DNA of 44,058 nucleotides from Promethearchaeota archaeon (GTDB taxonomy: Archaea > Asgardarchaeota > Lokiarchaeia > Sigyniarchaeales > SOKP01). The notes beneath the pieces were generated by a model. It had not been told where the DNA came from. It made no database searches and was given only the letters and a program-made list of their open reading frames with translations. Positions 30,149 through 41,300 of the stretch are shown piece by piece (positions within the stretch are counted from its first letter, which is position 1; every line of letters starts with the position of its first letter). The DNA lies in NCBI GenBank assembly GCA_048938445.1, contig JBHLME010000020.1, forward strand, positions 1-44,058, read 5' to 3'. The position numbers and the translations under genes were made by a program.

Positions 30149-31255
30149 TTATTTTATTAATTGATTATAATGCCCTACAATGCGCAATTTATTTTCAAAT
30201 CTATTAAGTTCAGTAATGATGCCTTTTAATCCTTTCCCATCATGAACTAATGGTTTTTCTATTGAGATTTTAACATTTCCTGATTTTCCTGGTATTAAAT
30301 CCTCACCTGATATAAATTTTATAGGAGATAATTTCAATTCGGATAAAGCATAATATTGAGTTCCATCTCCAGGTTTAATAATTCCAGATTTAGGTTTATA
30401 AAATTGATTTACATAAACTTTAGCTATAATTTCACGTTCATGTTTAAAAGTACCTTGGGAAACAATAATATTATCTCTACTGATATCATGATGAGAAATA
30501 TTTCCTTTTAATGCAAGACCAACTCGATCTCCTTCATGAGCTGTCTTAAAATCCCTATCATGTTTTTGAATGCTTCTTAATATCACTTTTTTTGGAGGAG
30601 AACTGTCATATCCTACAATTTCTACCATTCCCCCCGCATTTAATAAACCATTTTTTACAACACCTAAAATAACAGTTCCAATTCCTTTAACTGGAAACGC
30701 ATGATCTATTAGTATTTTTGTATAAGGAGATTTAGAATCGGAATTTAATTCTGAAGTATTTAATTCAATTATTTTTGTTTTTAAATTGTCTAAATCAGAT
30801 TTATCGTTGTCTTTTAGTTCAATTATTTCTACATTTTTCAAACTAGTTGTAGTAATAATGCTTAAAATTTTTTTCTTAACCTCGTTTAATTTCCATTCTG
30901 TTTTTGAATTGATATTCGCAATAACAATAAGACCATTCTTGGTAAATAATTGATTAAACATATCCATTCCTACGAGAATTTCTCCAACAACTGCATTCAA
31001 TCCTATTTCCAAATCAATAACTAATACATGAGTAGTGGTAATGGTTAAAACCTGTAAAAAAGGTTTTACTTTTTCGGGATATTCATTTGGTGTTAATGCA
31101 CAAAAAACATGTCCTAAACTTTCATCTAAACGATTGTAAAATTGTATATCTGATTTAGTCCCAGGAGAACCTAAAGTTTGTCCGATAATGTTCCTATGAT
31201 GGAAGTTTTCTCCAAAAATTCCCACGAGAAAATTTCTTTCCTTTGAATCACTCAT
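30149..31255 (-). CDS. Archaeal SelB-like/EF-Tu-like protein with degenerate G domain
   Basis: IDHAFPVKGIGTVILG, RSIQKHD, GDRVGLALK (domain II); no GxxxxGK[ST] P-loop. Confidence 0.8.
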   Translation of the reverse strand: MSDSKERNFLVGIFGENFHHRNIIGQTLGSPGTKSDIQFYNRLDESLGHVFCALTPNEYPEKVKPFLQVLTITTTHVLVIDLEIGLNAVVGEILVGMDMFNQLFTKNGLIVIANINSKTEWKLNEVKKKILSIITTTSLKNVEIIELKDNDKSDLDNLKTKIIELNTSELNSDSKSPYTKILIDHAFPVKGIGTVILGVVKNGLLNAGGMVEIVGYDSSPPKKVILRSIQKHDRDFKTAHEGDRVGLALKGNISHHDISRDNIIVSQGTFKHEREIIAKVYVNQFYKPKSGIIKPGDGTQYYALSELKLSPIKFISGEDLIPGKSGNVKISIEKPLVHDGKGLKGIITELNRFENKLRIVGHYNQLIK

Positions 31256-31377
31256 TCAAGTTTTAAAATATTAATTATATGAAAAAATTTTCGATTTATT
31301 TAGAAAGAATGGTCATTACCTTAGTTAAAAGGTCTTAGAAAAAGCTTTAAAAGAAAGTACTTGATAATGATAATAAA

Positions 31378-34149
31378 ATGGTAAAAACAAATCATATAAC
31401 TATAGTCCCTGAAACCCATTGGGATAGGGAGTGGTATTTAACTTTTCAAGAGTTCCGGGCAAAATTGGTAATTTTTATGGATAAATTGCTTAATATTCTT
31501 AGAAAAGATCCAGAATATAAAAATTTCACTTTAGATGGTCAGACCATTCCACTTGAAGATTATTTAGAAGTTAATCCAAAAAGAAAGAAAGAGATAAAAA
31601 AATATGTCGCACAAAAACGACTTTCCGTAGGTCCAATGTATATTTTACCCGATGAATTCTTGATCAGTGGCGAATCAATGATTCGAAATTTGATGATTGG
31701 TCATCAAATCGCTAAAAAATTTGGTAGAATTATGAAAGCGGGATATGTTCCAGATACATTTGGTCATTTTGCACAATTACCACAAATTTTTGCAGGATTT
31801 GAAATACCTTCAATCATTTTCTGGAGGGGTTTTGGAGATGAGTTTGAAAATAAGGAGTTAAATCTTGAATTTATTTGGCAAGCGCCAGGAGATGCCGCTA
31901 ATGTATTAGCAATATTTTTAATTTTTGGTTATATGTCCGCTGCTAATCTAAATACTTTCCAAGATAATGGAAAATATAAGAAAGCATTAGAATCAATACA
32001 AAATCTTGTTTCAATGTTAGAGAATTATTCCGCAACACCCTATATTTTGCTTAATAATGGTGTTGATCATGCTGAGGCTCAAATGGAGATTCCACAAATA
32101 ATTAAGCAATGGAATGAACAAAATCCAAATATGTTGATGGAACAAAATGATTTTGAGTATTATATAGATAAAGTATTAACAAGTGGAGCTAATTTTAAAA
32201 AATTTCAAGGAGAACTTAGATGGGGAAAGTATGCTCCAATTCTCTCAGGAGTTTTATCAACACGGATGTGGATAAAACAAAGAAATACAGAGATTGAATA
32301 TTTATATGAAAAATATGTAGAACCATTATCAACAATGACTTGGGTTCTAGATAAACAAGACCAATATGAATTCCCTCAAGATTTTATTCTTACTGGATTG
32401 AAATGGGTGATTAAGAACCATCCACATGATTCTATTTGTGGATGCAGTATTGACCAAGTTCATGATGAGATGAAGATACGATTTGATTGGGCGGAACAAA
32501 TAGGAAATGAGATAATTAAAAATTCAATTCTATACCTGAGTGAATATATTAAGTTTGATTTCAAAAATAATTCTCGGATTCCACTCATTATATATAATCC
32601 CTTATCTTGGAAACGCAAAGATAAAGTAAATTTCGATGTTCTCATTTTTAATAAAAGAAATATTGAAACATTTCCCTTAGATTTTAGATTAATCGATTCT
32701 AAGGGCAAAGAAACTGAATTTCATCAAAGTTATTCTGAATTAAAGCCAAGATATACACAAGAACAATACATTAGTAATCAAATAACATTTATTGCAGAAG
32801 TACCTGCTTGTGGATATACTACATATTATATTATTAAAAAAGAATCATCTAAGGAATTTAATTTAGTAGATGATGAATTTAAAATCGAGGATCAGGGATT
32901 AGAAAACGAGTATTATAAAATTATTATTACTGAAAATGGGAATATCACGGTTCTGGATAAGGAAAGCGGATTAGAATATGAAAATATATGTATATTTAAA
33001 GATGTTGGTGATTGGGGTGATGAGTACGATTTTTCAGGACCACTCAAGAAGCAAATTGATAAAATATATACTACTTATGATGGAGAAATTATTGAAATAT
33101 CTCCTCATATTGATGGTCCTTCTCAAAAAGTAATGAAAATTAAAATGATATTGAAATTACCAACGTCCTTATCAAGAGATAGGTTAAAGAGGAATGAGAA
33201 TCTCCTTAATAACGAGATAGTATTATATATTTCTCTTTATAAGGGAATAAAGAGAATCGATTTTAAAATAGAATTAGAAAATAAGAGTAAGGATCATCGA
33301 ATTCAAGCATTATTTCCTTCAAAAATGAAAGCAAATAAGATCTATTGTGATGGACATTTTCATGTTGTTCCGCGAGATGTTGATTTACCAATTGGACGTG
33401 GTTGGTCTCAAAAACCTTTGCCTACAAATCATCAAAAAGATTTTATCGCTATTAATGATGGATATAAAAATTTTGCTGTTATAAACAAGGGTTTACCTGA
33501 ATATGAAGCAATACGAAATGAAGATGATTCCATAACACTTGCAATTACACTCTTGCGCTGTGTTGGATGGCTTTCAAGGAGAAAGTTAACTTCAAGGAGT
33601 GTTGATGCAGGCCCACGGTATAAAACACCTGGAGGACAATGCCTTGGAAAGCACGTATTTGAATTGTCGTTACACATCGAAAATGATAAATCAAGCTGGA
33701 TGGATTCAGAGATACATTTGAGAGGAAAGGAATTTAATAATCCATTAATGGGCATATTTCCATCAATGATTGAAACTCGGATGAGAAGTTTAAATATTAT
33801 TCTAATGAATTCTAAGTCATTTAAACAACAATTTCAACAACAGTATTTACCACCCGAGTTTAGTTTCCTTGAAATTGACAATAAAGCTATACTTCTAAGT
33901 ATTTTAAAAAAAGCAGAAAGTGGAGATGATTTAATTCTTAGATGCTATAACATTTCTTCGGAACTTCAAAAAGCAAATTTATTGTTTTGTGAGCAAATTT
34001 TTATAAAAAATGCTTTCATCGTAAATTTTTTGGAAGAAATGCCGAAAAACCCGATTAAAGCAAAGATTATTAACGTCAAAAATAATAGTATTAAAATTTA
34101 TATGGAATCACACGTAATCGCTACAATTAGAATAGAATTCGAAAAATAA
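31378..34149 (+). CDS. Glycoside hydrolase family 38 alpha-mannosidase
   Basis: THWDREWY, LDGQ, PDEFL.SGES, PDTFGH, HPHDSICGCS. Confidence 0.95.
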   Translation: MVKTNHITIVPETHWDREWYLTFQEFRAKLVIFMDKLLNILRKDPEYKNFTLDGQTIPLEDYLEVNPKRKKEIKKYVAQKRLSVGPMYILPDEFLISGESMIRNLMIGHQIAKKFGRIMKAGYVPDTFGHFAQLPQIFAGFEIPSIIFWRGFGDEFENKELNLEFIWQAPGDAANVLAIFLIFGYMSAANLNTFQDNGKYKKALESIQNLVSMLENYSATPYILLNNGVDHAEAQMEIPQIIKQWNEQNPNMLMEQNDFEYYIDKVLTSGANFKKFQGELRWGKYAPILSGVLSTRMWIKQRNTEIEYLYEKYVEPLSTMTWVLDKQDQYEFPQDFILTGLKWVIKNHPHDSICGCSIDQVHDEMKIRFDWAEQIGNEIIKNSILYLSEYIKFDFKNNSRIPLIIYNPLSWKRKDKVNFDVLIFNKRNIETFPLDFRLIDSKGKETEFHQSYSELKPRYTQEQYISNQITFIAEVPACGYTTYYIIKKESSKEFNLVDDEFKIEDQGLENEYYKIIITENGNITVLDKESGLEYENICIFKDVGDWGDEYDFSGPLKKQIDKIYTTYDGEIIEISPHIDGPSQKVMKIKMILKLPTSLSRDRLKRNENLLNNEIVLYISLYKGIKRIDFKIELENKSKDHRIQALFPSKMKANKIYCDGHFHVVPRDVDLPIGRGWSQKPLPTNHQKDFIAINDGYKNFAVINKGLPEYEAIRNEDDSITLAITLLRCVGWLSRRKLTSRSVDAGPRYKTPGGQCLGKHVFELSLHIENDKSSWMDSEIHLRGKEFNNPLMGIFPSMIETRMRSLNIILMNSKSFKQQFQQQYLPPEFSFLEIDNKAILLSILKKAESGDDLILRCYNISSELQKANLLFCEQIFIKNAFIVNFLEEMPKNPIKAKIINVKNNSIKIYMESHVIATIRIEFEK

Positions 34150-34311
34150 AAACAAGATTAACAATATAAAGAAAATAATTCAATGAAATAGCACTAATGA
34201 AACATTGTATTTATTTAAAAATGTATTAAAACTGTTTCACGATATTTTTTTTTAAAAGTTCTTATATTATTAGGAATTTTTTAATTATAATTAAAAAAAA
34301 TAGAATAAAAA

Positions 34312-35427
34312 ATGAGAAGTTCATATAAAAATTATGATATAATCGTGATCGGTGCGGGACTTGGAGGATCGATCGCGGGAAAGATTGCTGCTGAAAACGG
34401 ATATGATACGTGTATCATTGATAAAGAAGAGATCAGTAAGGAAGGACGCTATAAAGCATGTGGTGGAGCAATGTCTTGGGAACTAATCGAGGAAATTGAT
34501 TATCCCGAAGAGAAGATCGCACGAGTATTTGAATCACTTAAACTGTATCACATAGATGGAGAAGTATTTACAAAAGAAGGAAAAGGGGCTGTGGTTTGGA
34601 GGAGTACTTTTGATAAGTTTATTACTGATATGGCAATAGAAAGTGGTGCCTTGCTAAAAGAGAAGGAGCAACTCATTAATATTGAAAAAATTGAAGATCA
34701 GTACTTAATTACAACTAAGAAAGATAAGTATAAGGCAAAATATGTCATCGCAGCAGATGGTGCTGCTTCTACGACATTGAATAAATTAAAATGGCCATAT
34801 TTTGCAAGAAATGATATGGTTTTAACTATTACGCGTGAGATGAAAACAACAAAAAATCACATTGATGAACATTTAGGAAAGGATACACTTCATTTATATT
34901 TCGGAAAAAGTTTCATACCCGTGGGATATTCGTGGTTATTTCCTAAAGAAGATGTCATAACAGTAGGGTGGGGAAAACGAATTGATTTAATTAAAAACTC
35001 AAGAGAGGAATTCAATAAATTTGTATCGCTACCACAAGTAAAAGATGTTTTATTAAATTCTAAAGAAATTATTTTTAAACCCCATTTACTACCCGCGGGC
35101 TTAAGACCCAAATTATATGATAATAATGTATTTGCTGTAGGGGATGCTGGAGGGATCGTGGATCCTATAAGTGGAAAGGGGATACCGTATGCCATGATGT
35201 CAGGACAATTAGCCGTAGAAAGCATTAAAAAATGTGAAAATAAGGATAAAATAGAAAAATTGGGAGAACAATATGAAAGACTTTTGAACAGAAAATTTCT
35301 AAAAATTTTAAAAGCAAAAAGAGAATTACGCGATACTATTTTTGAAAATGATGAAAATATCAAAAAATTTCTCTCTTTATGGCAAACATATAGGTCCTCC
35401 GAAATAGTAATGAAAAAATTGATGTAA
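34312..35427 (+). CDS. Geranylgeranyl reductase-family FAD oxidoreductase
   Basis: GAGLGG, KACGG, AADG, YSWLFP, GDAGG.VDP.SGKGI. Confidence 0.9.
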   Translation: MRSSYKNYDIIVIGAGLGGSIAGKIAAENGYDTCIIDKEEISKEGRYKACGGAMSWELIEEIDYPEEKIARVFESLKLYHIDGEVFTKEGKGAVVWRSTFDKFITDMAIESGALLKEKEQLINIEKIEDQYLITTKKDKYKAKYVIAADGAASTTLNKLKWPYFARNDMVLTITREMKTTKNHIDEHLGKDTLHLYFGKSFIPVGYSWLFPKEDVITVGWGKRIDLIKNSREEFNKFVSLPQVKDVLLNSKEIIFKPHLLPAGLRPKLYDNNVFAVGDAGGIVDPISGKGIPYAMMSGQLAVESIKKCENKDKIEKLGEQYERLLNRKFLKILKAKRELRDTIFENDENIKKFLSLWQTYRSSEIVMKKLM

Positions 35428-35577
35428 ATTTTTGTTTATTCCTTATTTTTTTAAAATATAAGAAATTAAACGGAAAAAATCTCCGATATTCATAAGGATA
35501 TGACATTAATTTTATTTCACGAAAATTTATAAATAATTTGTTTTATCAGTATATTAAAAAAAAATCTAAGGATAAAA

Positions 35578-36537
35578 ATGGCGATTTTTCCATATCAGCT
35601 TAATATGATAATAACTCCAATAGTTTTCAGTTTGCTCATTTATCTGTTTATGTGGAGATACAAGTTAAAACGCGATGCCACGGCTTATAAGGTAATTATA
35701 TATAATGCAATAGGATACACGGTAATAGTTGAGGTAGCAATAATAGTTTTAATGATTTTTCTATCAGAATTAATAAGTACACTCATAATATATCCACTTG
35801 CAATTGCATTTTTAATCTTTGTATATAATTTTACTGTTAAAACCATTGTTAACCAAGAAAAAACAATAAAAGAGCAATCGAAAAAATTATTGAAAATATT
35901 GGAGACGAGTTCTGATGCTTCTTTAAATGTATCCAACATGGCAACGGAATTGGCATCAAGTGCATCTGAAGTAAATGCTGCTGCTGAAGAAATAGCAACT
36001 ACGACCCAAGATGTCACAAAAAAAGCTTATAATCAATTAGATTCGCTAATTAGAGTCCAAGATAAAGCTAAAGCGATAAGACAGCAAACAAAAAATGTTA
36101 TAGCATTTAGTAAGGATATTGAGAAAATAATGAAATTCCTCACATCCATTTCAGATCAAACAAATTTATTAGCTTTAAATGCCAGCATTGAAGCGGGAAG
36201 GGCTGGAGAACACGGGCGTGGATTTTCAGTAGTTGCTGAAGAAGTCCGAAAACTTTCAGATGAGGCTAAAGATTCTATTAATAATACTGCAGCTCAAATA
36301 GAACGAATTTTGGAACTAATCAATTCTACGGGAGTCTTAATAGATGAAATTTTTTCAGAAATCAATAAATCAACTATGGGGGAACAAGAAACCGCGACAG
36401 CAATGGAAAGTATTTCAGCATCAACAGAAGAACAGACATCATCAATGCAAGAAATTGCTGCAACGGCTAATAAACTTGGTAGCTTAGCTGAAGATCTTAA
36501 AGAAAGTCTAATTATAACCAAAAAAATAAAAAAATAA
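35578..36537 (+). CDS. Methyl-accepting chemotaxis-like protein with 3 TM helices
   Basis: [33 protein letters not shown]. Confidence 0.93.
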   Translation: MAIFPYQLNMIITPIVFSLLIYLFMWRYKLKRDATAYKVIIYNAIGYTVIVEVAIIVLMIFLSELISTLIIYPLAIAFLIFVYNFTVKTIVNQEKTIKEQSKKLLKILETSSDASLNVSNMATELASSASEVNAAAEEIATTTQDVTKKAYNQLDSLIRVQDKAKAIRQQTKNVIAFSKDIEKIMKFLTSISDQTNLLALNASIEAGRAGEHGRGFSVVAEEVRKLSDEAKDSINNTAAQIERILELINSTGVLIDEIFSEINKSTMGEQETATAMESISASTEEQTSSMQEIAATANKLGSLAEDLKESLIITKKIKK

Positions 36538-36652
36538 TTTTTTTTTTAATTTTATTCTTGATAATCTGAAATTATCAAAATTTTATACGCCCTTTTAATT
36601 AAATGATAATTTTATATGATCATATAGTTGAATAATTTAAACCAGGATTTTC

Positions 36653-37720
36653 ATGAAATTTGTTGAACACGCAAAGTTATACATACCAAAAATTAACCAA
36701 GAAATACAATTAATTTTTGATAAAAAATTAAGTCAAGTAAAAAATTCTTTTCTAAAGGATTATTATTCGGAAATTCGAGATTATTTTCTATCAGGAGGTA
36801 AAAGAATCCGTCCATTGGTTTGTATTGCTACATATAATGCCTTTAAGGAGAATAGGGATGATGAAATAGTTAAGATTAGTGTGGGAACGGAATTTCTTCA
36901 TAATGCATCATTAATCCATGACGATATAATTGATAAAGATGACTTTAGAAGAGGAAAACCATCTTTTCACTATAGATTTCGCCTATATCATGCTAAATAT
37001 CAACTAAAGAAGATGATTGCTGAAGATTTTGGGAATGATATTGGACTTCTAGGAGGAGATAGTTCGTTTTTGTTCGGTTTAGAAGCTTATTTCTTCAATG
37101 AATTTGAAGAAGACATTAATATAAGAGGTGTGCAATTATATGAACAAGCTTTTCATGAAGTTTGTGATGGAGTGCTCATTGAAATTGACATGGTAAACAA
37201 AAAGAATCTTGAAATATCAGATTATATTGAAATGATTTCCTTAAAAACGGGTGCTTTGATTGAAAAATCTATTTTAATCGGTGCTAATTATGCAAATGTA
37301 GACAAAAAATATCAAAAATATTTATCTACGTATGGAAAAAATCTAGGAATTATTTTCCAAATTATAGATGATATATTAGGAACTTTTGGGGATGAAAATA
37401 AGACAGGTAAACCTACAGATGGAGATATTAGAGAGGGGAAAAAGACAGCCTTATTAATTGAAGCAAGCAACAATTTAAAGGGGGAAAAATTGGCTCGTTT
37501 AAATGAATTAATTGAAAAATCAGATATGACTGATGATGATGTAAAAGAGGTTAAAAATTTGTTTTTAAGTGCAGATGTTATTAATTGTACAAAAAATTTG
37601 GCTTTAGAATATTATCAAGAAGCAAAAGTAGCCTTAAATGAGTTGAAACCAGTAATAAATGATTCAGAATTAGAATTATTTGAAGATTTACTAAATTTTG
37701 TATATGAAAGGACGTTCTAA
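36653..37720 (+). CDS. Polyprenyl (geranylgeranyl) diphosphate synthase
   Basis: GGKRIRP, HDDIIDKDDFRRG, KTGAL, FQIIDDILG, DIREGK. Confidence 0.95.
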   Translation: MKFVEHAKLYIPKINQEIQLIFDKKLSQVKNSFLKDYYSEIRDYFLSGGKRIRPLVCIATYNAFKENRDDEIVKISVGTEFLHNASLIHDDIIDKDDFRRGKPSFHYRFRLYHAKYQLKKMIAEDFGNDIGLLGGDSSFLFGLEAYFFNEFEEDINIRGVQLYEQAFHEVCDGVLIEIDMVNKKNLEISDYIEMISLKTGALIEKSILIGANYANVDKKYQKYLSTYGKNLGIIFQIIDDILGTFGDENKTGKPTDGDIREGKKTALLIEASNNLKGEKLARLNELIEKSDMTDDDVKEVKNLFLSADVINCTKNLALEYYQEAKVALNELKPVINDSELELFEDLLNFVYERTF

Positions 37721-37751
37721 ATGAAATTATTAAAAAAAAGGTAAAATAATA

Positions 37752-38309
37752 ATGGTCTTAATTGCAATTACAGGAGCGACTGGAATTCAAATAGCCATAG
37801 CTCTTTTAAAAATTTTAAAAGAATTGAATATTAAAACGGAATTAATAATCTCAAAAGCTGCAAAAGTCGTTATGGAAAAAGAAATAGAAAAACAAATTTC
37901 TGAGATATATGACTTAGCATCAAAACATTATGATATTGATGATATTGCCGCAGCTCCTGCAAGTGGTTCATATAAAATTGATAAAATGGTGATAGTTCCT
38001 TGTACCATGAAAACTTTATCTGCTATTGCGAATGGTTATTCAAGTAATTTGATAACGAGAGCGGCTGACGTGATGATAAAAGAACAAAGAAAACTCGTTC
38101 TAGTTGTCAGAGAAAGTCCATTAAATGCAATACATTTGGAAAACATGTTAAAATTAGCAAGATTAGGAGTCATCATTGCTCCTCCCGTTCCATCGTATTA
38201 TATTAAACCTAAGACAGTTGATGATTTAATTAATTATACCGCCGGAAGAATCCTTGACCAAATAGGGGTAGATAGTGGGATTAAGAGATGGGGGAATGAA
38301 GACGAATAG
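37752..38309 (+). CDS. ubiX: Flavin prenyltransferase UbiX
   Basis: AITGATG, ASGS, PCTMKTL, RAADV.IKE, VRESP. Confidence 0.95.
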   Translation: MVLIAITGATGIQIAIALLKILKELNIKTELIISKAAKVVMEKEIEKQISEIYDLASKHYDIDDIAAAPASGSYKIDKMVIVPCTMKTLSAIANGYSSNLITRAADVMIKEQRKLVLVVRESPLNAIHLENMLKLARLGVIIAPPVPSYYIKPKTVDDLINYTAGRILDQIGVDSGIKRWGNEDE

Positions 38310-38375
38310 AGACTTATTGATCTCATAAATTAGATCCTTCTATTTTCTTTGTAATCTTATTTAATTTCTTCAAAT

Positions 38376-41300
38376 TTAATTTTTTTTCCAAATAATATAT
38401 ACGATTACTGCAGAAATAGAAATTAAACTAACACTACCCAGTGTTAGACCTATTACCATAAAAAATAAATAATCTGGTCCTTCTATAGGATTATCAGGTT
38501 CGCTATGATCGCTAATTACTTTTAAATCAGAGTATTCAAATGTAATATTGCTAAATAATCCATCATAACACTCAAAATGATATGTATAATTTTCTATTTT
38601 TGGAGTCAAATATAACTCGATAAAGTAAATACATCCGTCACTATAGAGTATATCTAAAATATTTATTTTATTCATTGAGAAAATACTTCCATCAATTATT
38701 AAATTCACGTAAATTGGAGCATTATTATCATAATCAATATAAATCACAGTAAAATTAAATTGAGTTCGAGAATTACCTAATTTTGGATTGACTGAACCAT
38801 TTATTAGAAGTGGCATAAAATCATTTGGTTCTATATAAAAATTAAAATATGACCAACCCCCTAATAAATTGTTGTAAGTTGGTCTTAATCTCCAATAATA
38901 TTGATTATCTGGAAAATTTAAGTTTATAAGAACATTTGTTGTGCTTATCATTTCATTTATACCAACTATTTCATAATTAATATAAGAATAATCAGAAATA
39001 TTGGAAATTTCCAAGGTGAAATTCACTGCACCTAACGAAAGATTTAAACTATTCCACGTAAAATTCATTATTCCTTTATACAATTTAATCCCATTTTCTG
39101 GATTAATCACTTTAATGTAACTCAAAGTTTTAAGAATAACATCATCAATATACCAATAATCTAAATTAGTACCAGAACCCGATGCTTGTCTGAATCTAAT
39201 TTGAAAATTTGAATGTAAAGCATTTTCAGGTAAAATTAGGTCATTTACAGTATATATTTGTCTTGGTGTTCCTCCTCCATAATATTGTTTGATTTGACTC
39301 CAAATTCCTGCATAAGTATAGTATTCAACAAACAGATCTTCATTTATATCTGGAATTTCACCATAAGGAGATCCTCCTCTTCTTAACCAAAAAGAAAGAT
39401 TTACAAATGAATAGGGTGAAAGATCAATAATTCGAGAAGTAATACTTCCTGGTCCTTCTGAATGATAAGCAGAATAAGATCCCGAATTTGATGTGGCAGA
39501 ACTAACACCTCCTACACCTGTAAGACTCCAATCAGTATCAAGGATTCCATCTTCAAAATCTTCTTCAAAAATGATAAAGTCCTTGCCTAATCCAAAGAAT
39601 GGGTTGACTTCAGGACCACTTAACAATCCTGTCGAATTGATGTGCAATCCATCCGAACAATTTATTTCAAAATCATAGAATCCATAAACCAAAATTGTCT
39701 CGTAGTAAAATTCAATACCATCGAGAGCATTGTTATCCAGAGGATTTGATTGTATCATCTCAAATATCATTCCATTAATGGAGATATTTACATATAAGGG
39801 GAAGTTATTATCGGCATCTATATAATCTACCATAAATCTGAAAAGCGTGTCATTTTGTCCAACTGAGGGTGTTACTCGGGAATTAACGAGTTCTGGGTCG
39901 TTCCAATTGACTTCAGTGACATTTAAATCGGTAAAAGTATCCGTAGAGCTTGTAAATCTTCCATCAAAACAATTAAACGAATAACTATAATTAAAAACTG
40001 CTGCAGCTAAAGAGATGGCGTAAGTATAGAGACATCCATCAGTATAATCATTATCCCAGATATCTTGTTTTACCATTGTGTAATTAGAGCCGTTAATAGT
40101 CACGTAAATCTCAATGGGTCTATTATTGTCTTGATCAACATACATCACTGTAAAAAGAATTGTCGAATGCTGATTTGCATTTTTTGGAGTAACGGTTTCA
40201 TCAATTAATAGTGGAACATAATTGTTGGAAATAAAATCGAAAGTGCTGATTAATGACCATGGTCCAGTAAATATTCCATAGGTGGGTCTGACACGCCAAT
40301 AATATCGGTCCGTTTGGAGATTCAGATCTAAAAGGATGGCAGTAATATTTGGTGTTTCTTGTATATCATTGATCTCAAGGTTAATATTAGAAAAATCTGA
40401 AACATTTGAAAGCTGAAATGTATAATTTGCGATATTTAATGGTGTTTTTAAATTTTCCCAAGTAAAATTCGTCATCCCTGAAAATATTGTTATATTATTA
40501 TAAGGTTTAATTAATATAGGTAAACTAGAACCCGTGAGAATTACATCATCAAAAAACCAGTAATCCTCAAAACGAAGATAACCATCAGTTTGTCTAAATC
40601 TTATTTTAAAGGAAGGATGTAATGCGTCTGAGGGCAAAATATAATTAAAGACTTTAAATATCTGTCCTCCATCAATTCCACCCGGGTAATATGCAATTTG
40701 AATCCAATTATTAAGTTTATTATAATACTCAACAATAAGATCTTCATTTATATCTGGAATTTCACCATAAGGATATCCACCTCTCCTTACCCAGAATGAT
40801 AAATTAACAAATTGATACGATGAAAGGTCTATATTTCTAGAATAAATATAACCTTCTCCTGATGAAAGATATGCAGAATATACTCCTGAATTTGATGTAA
40901 TAGTCGATACACCTCCTTCACCCATACTAAAAGGTGGGCGTGAATATTCCCAATCAGAACCAAGAGAACCATCTTCAAAGTCATCTTCGAAAATGATAAA
41001 ATCTCGACTAAATCCAAAGAAAGGATTAACTTCAGGTCCAGTAATTAAACCGGTTGAGTTGATACGCAATCCATCTGAACAATTTATTTCAAAATTATGG
41101 AATCCAAACTCCAATAATGTCTCGTAATAAAATCCAATACCATCGAGAGCATTCTTATCCAGAGGATTTGATTGTATCATCTCAAAAATCATTCCATTAA
41201 TGGAGATGTTTACATATAGGGGGAGGTTATTATCGGCATCTACATAAACTACTATAAATCTAAAAAGCGTGTAATTTTGTCCAACTGAGGGTGTTACTCG

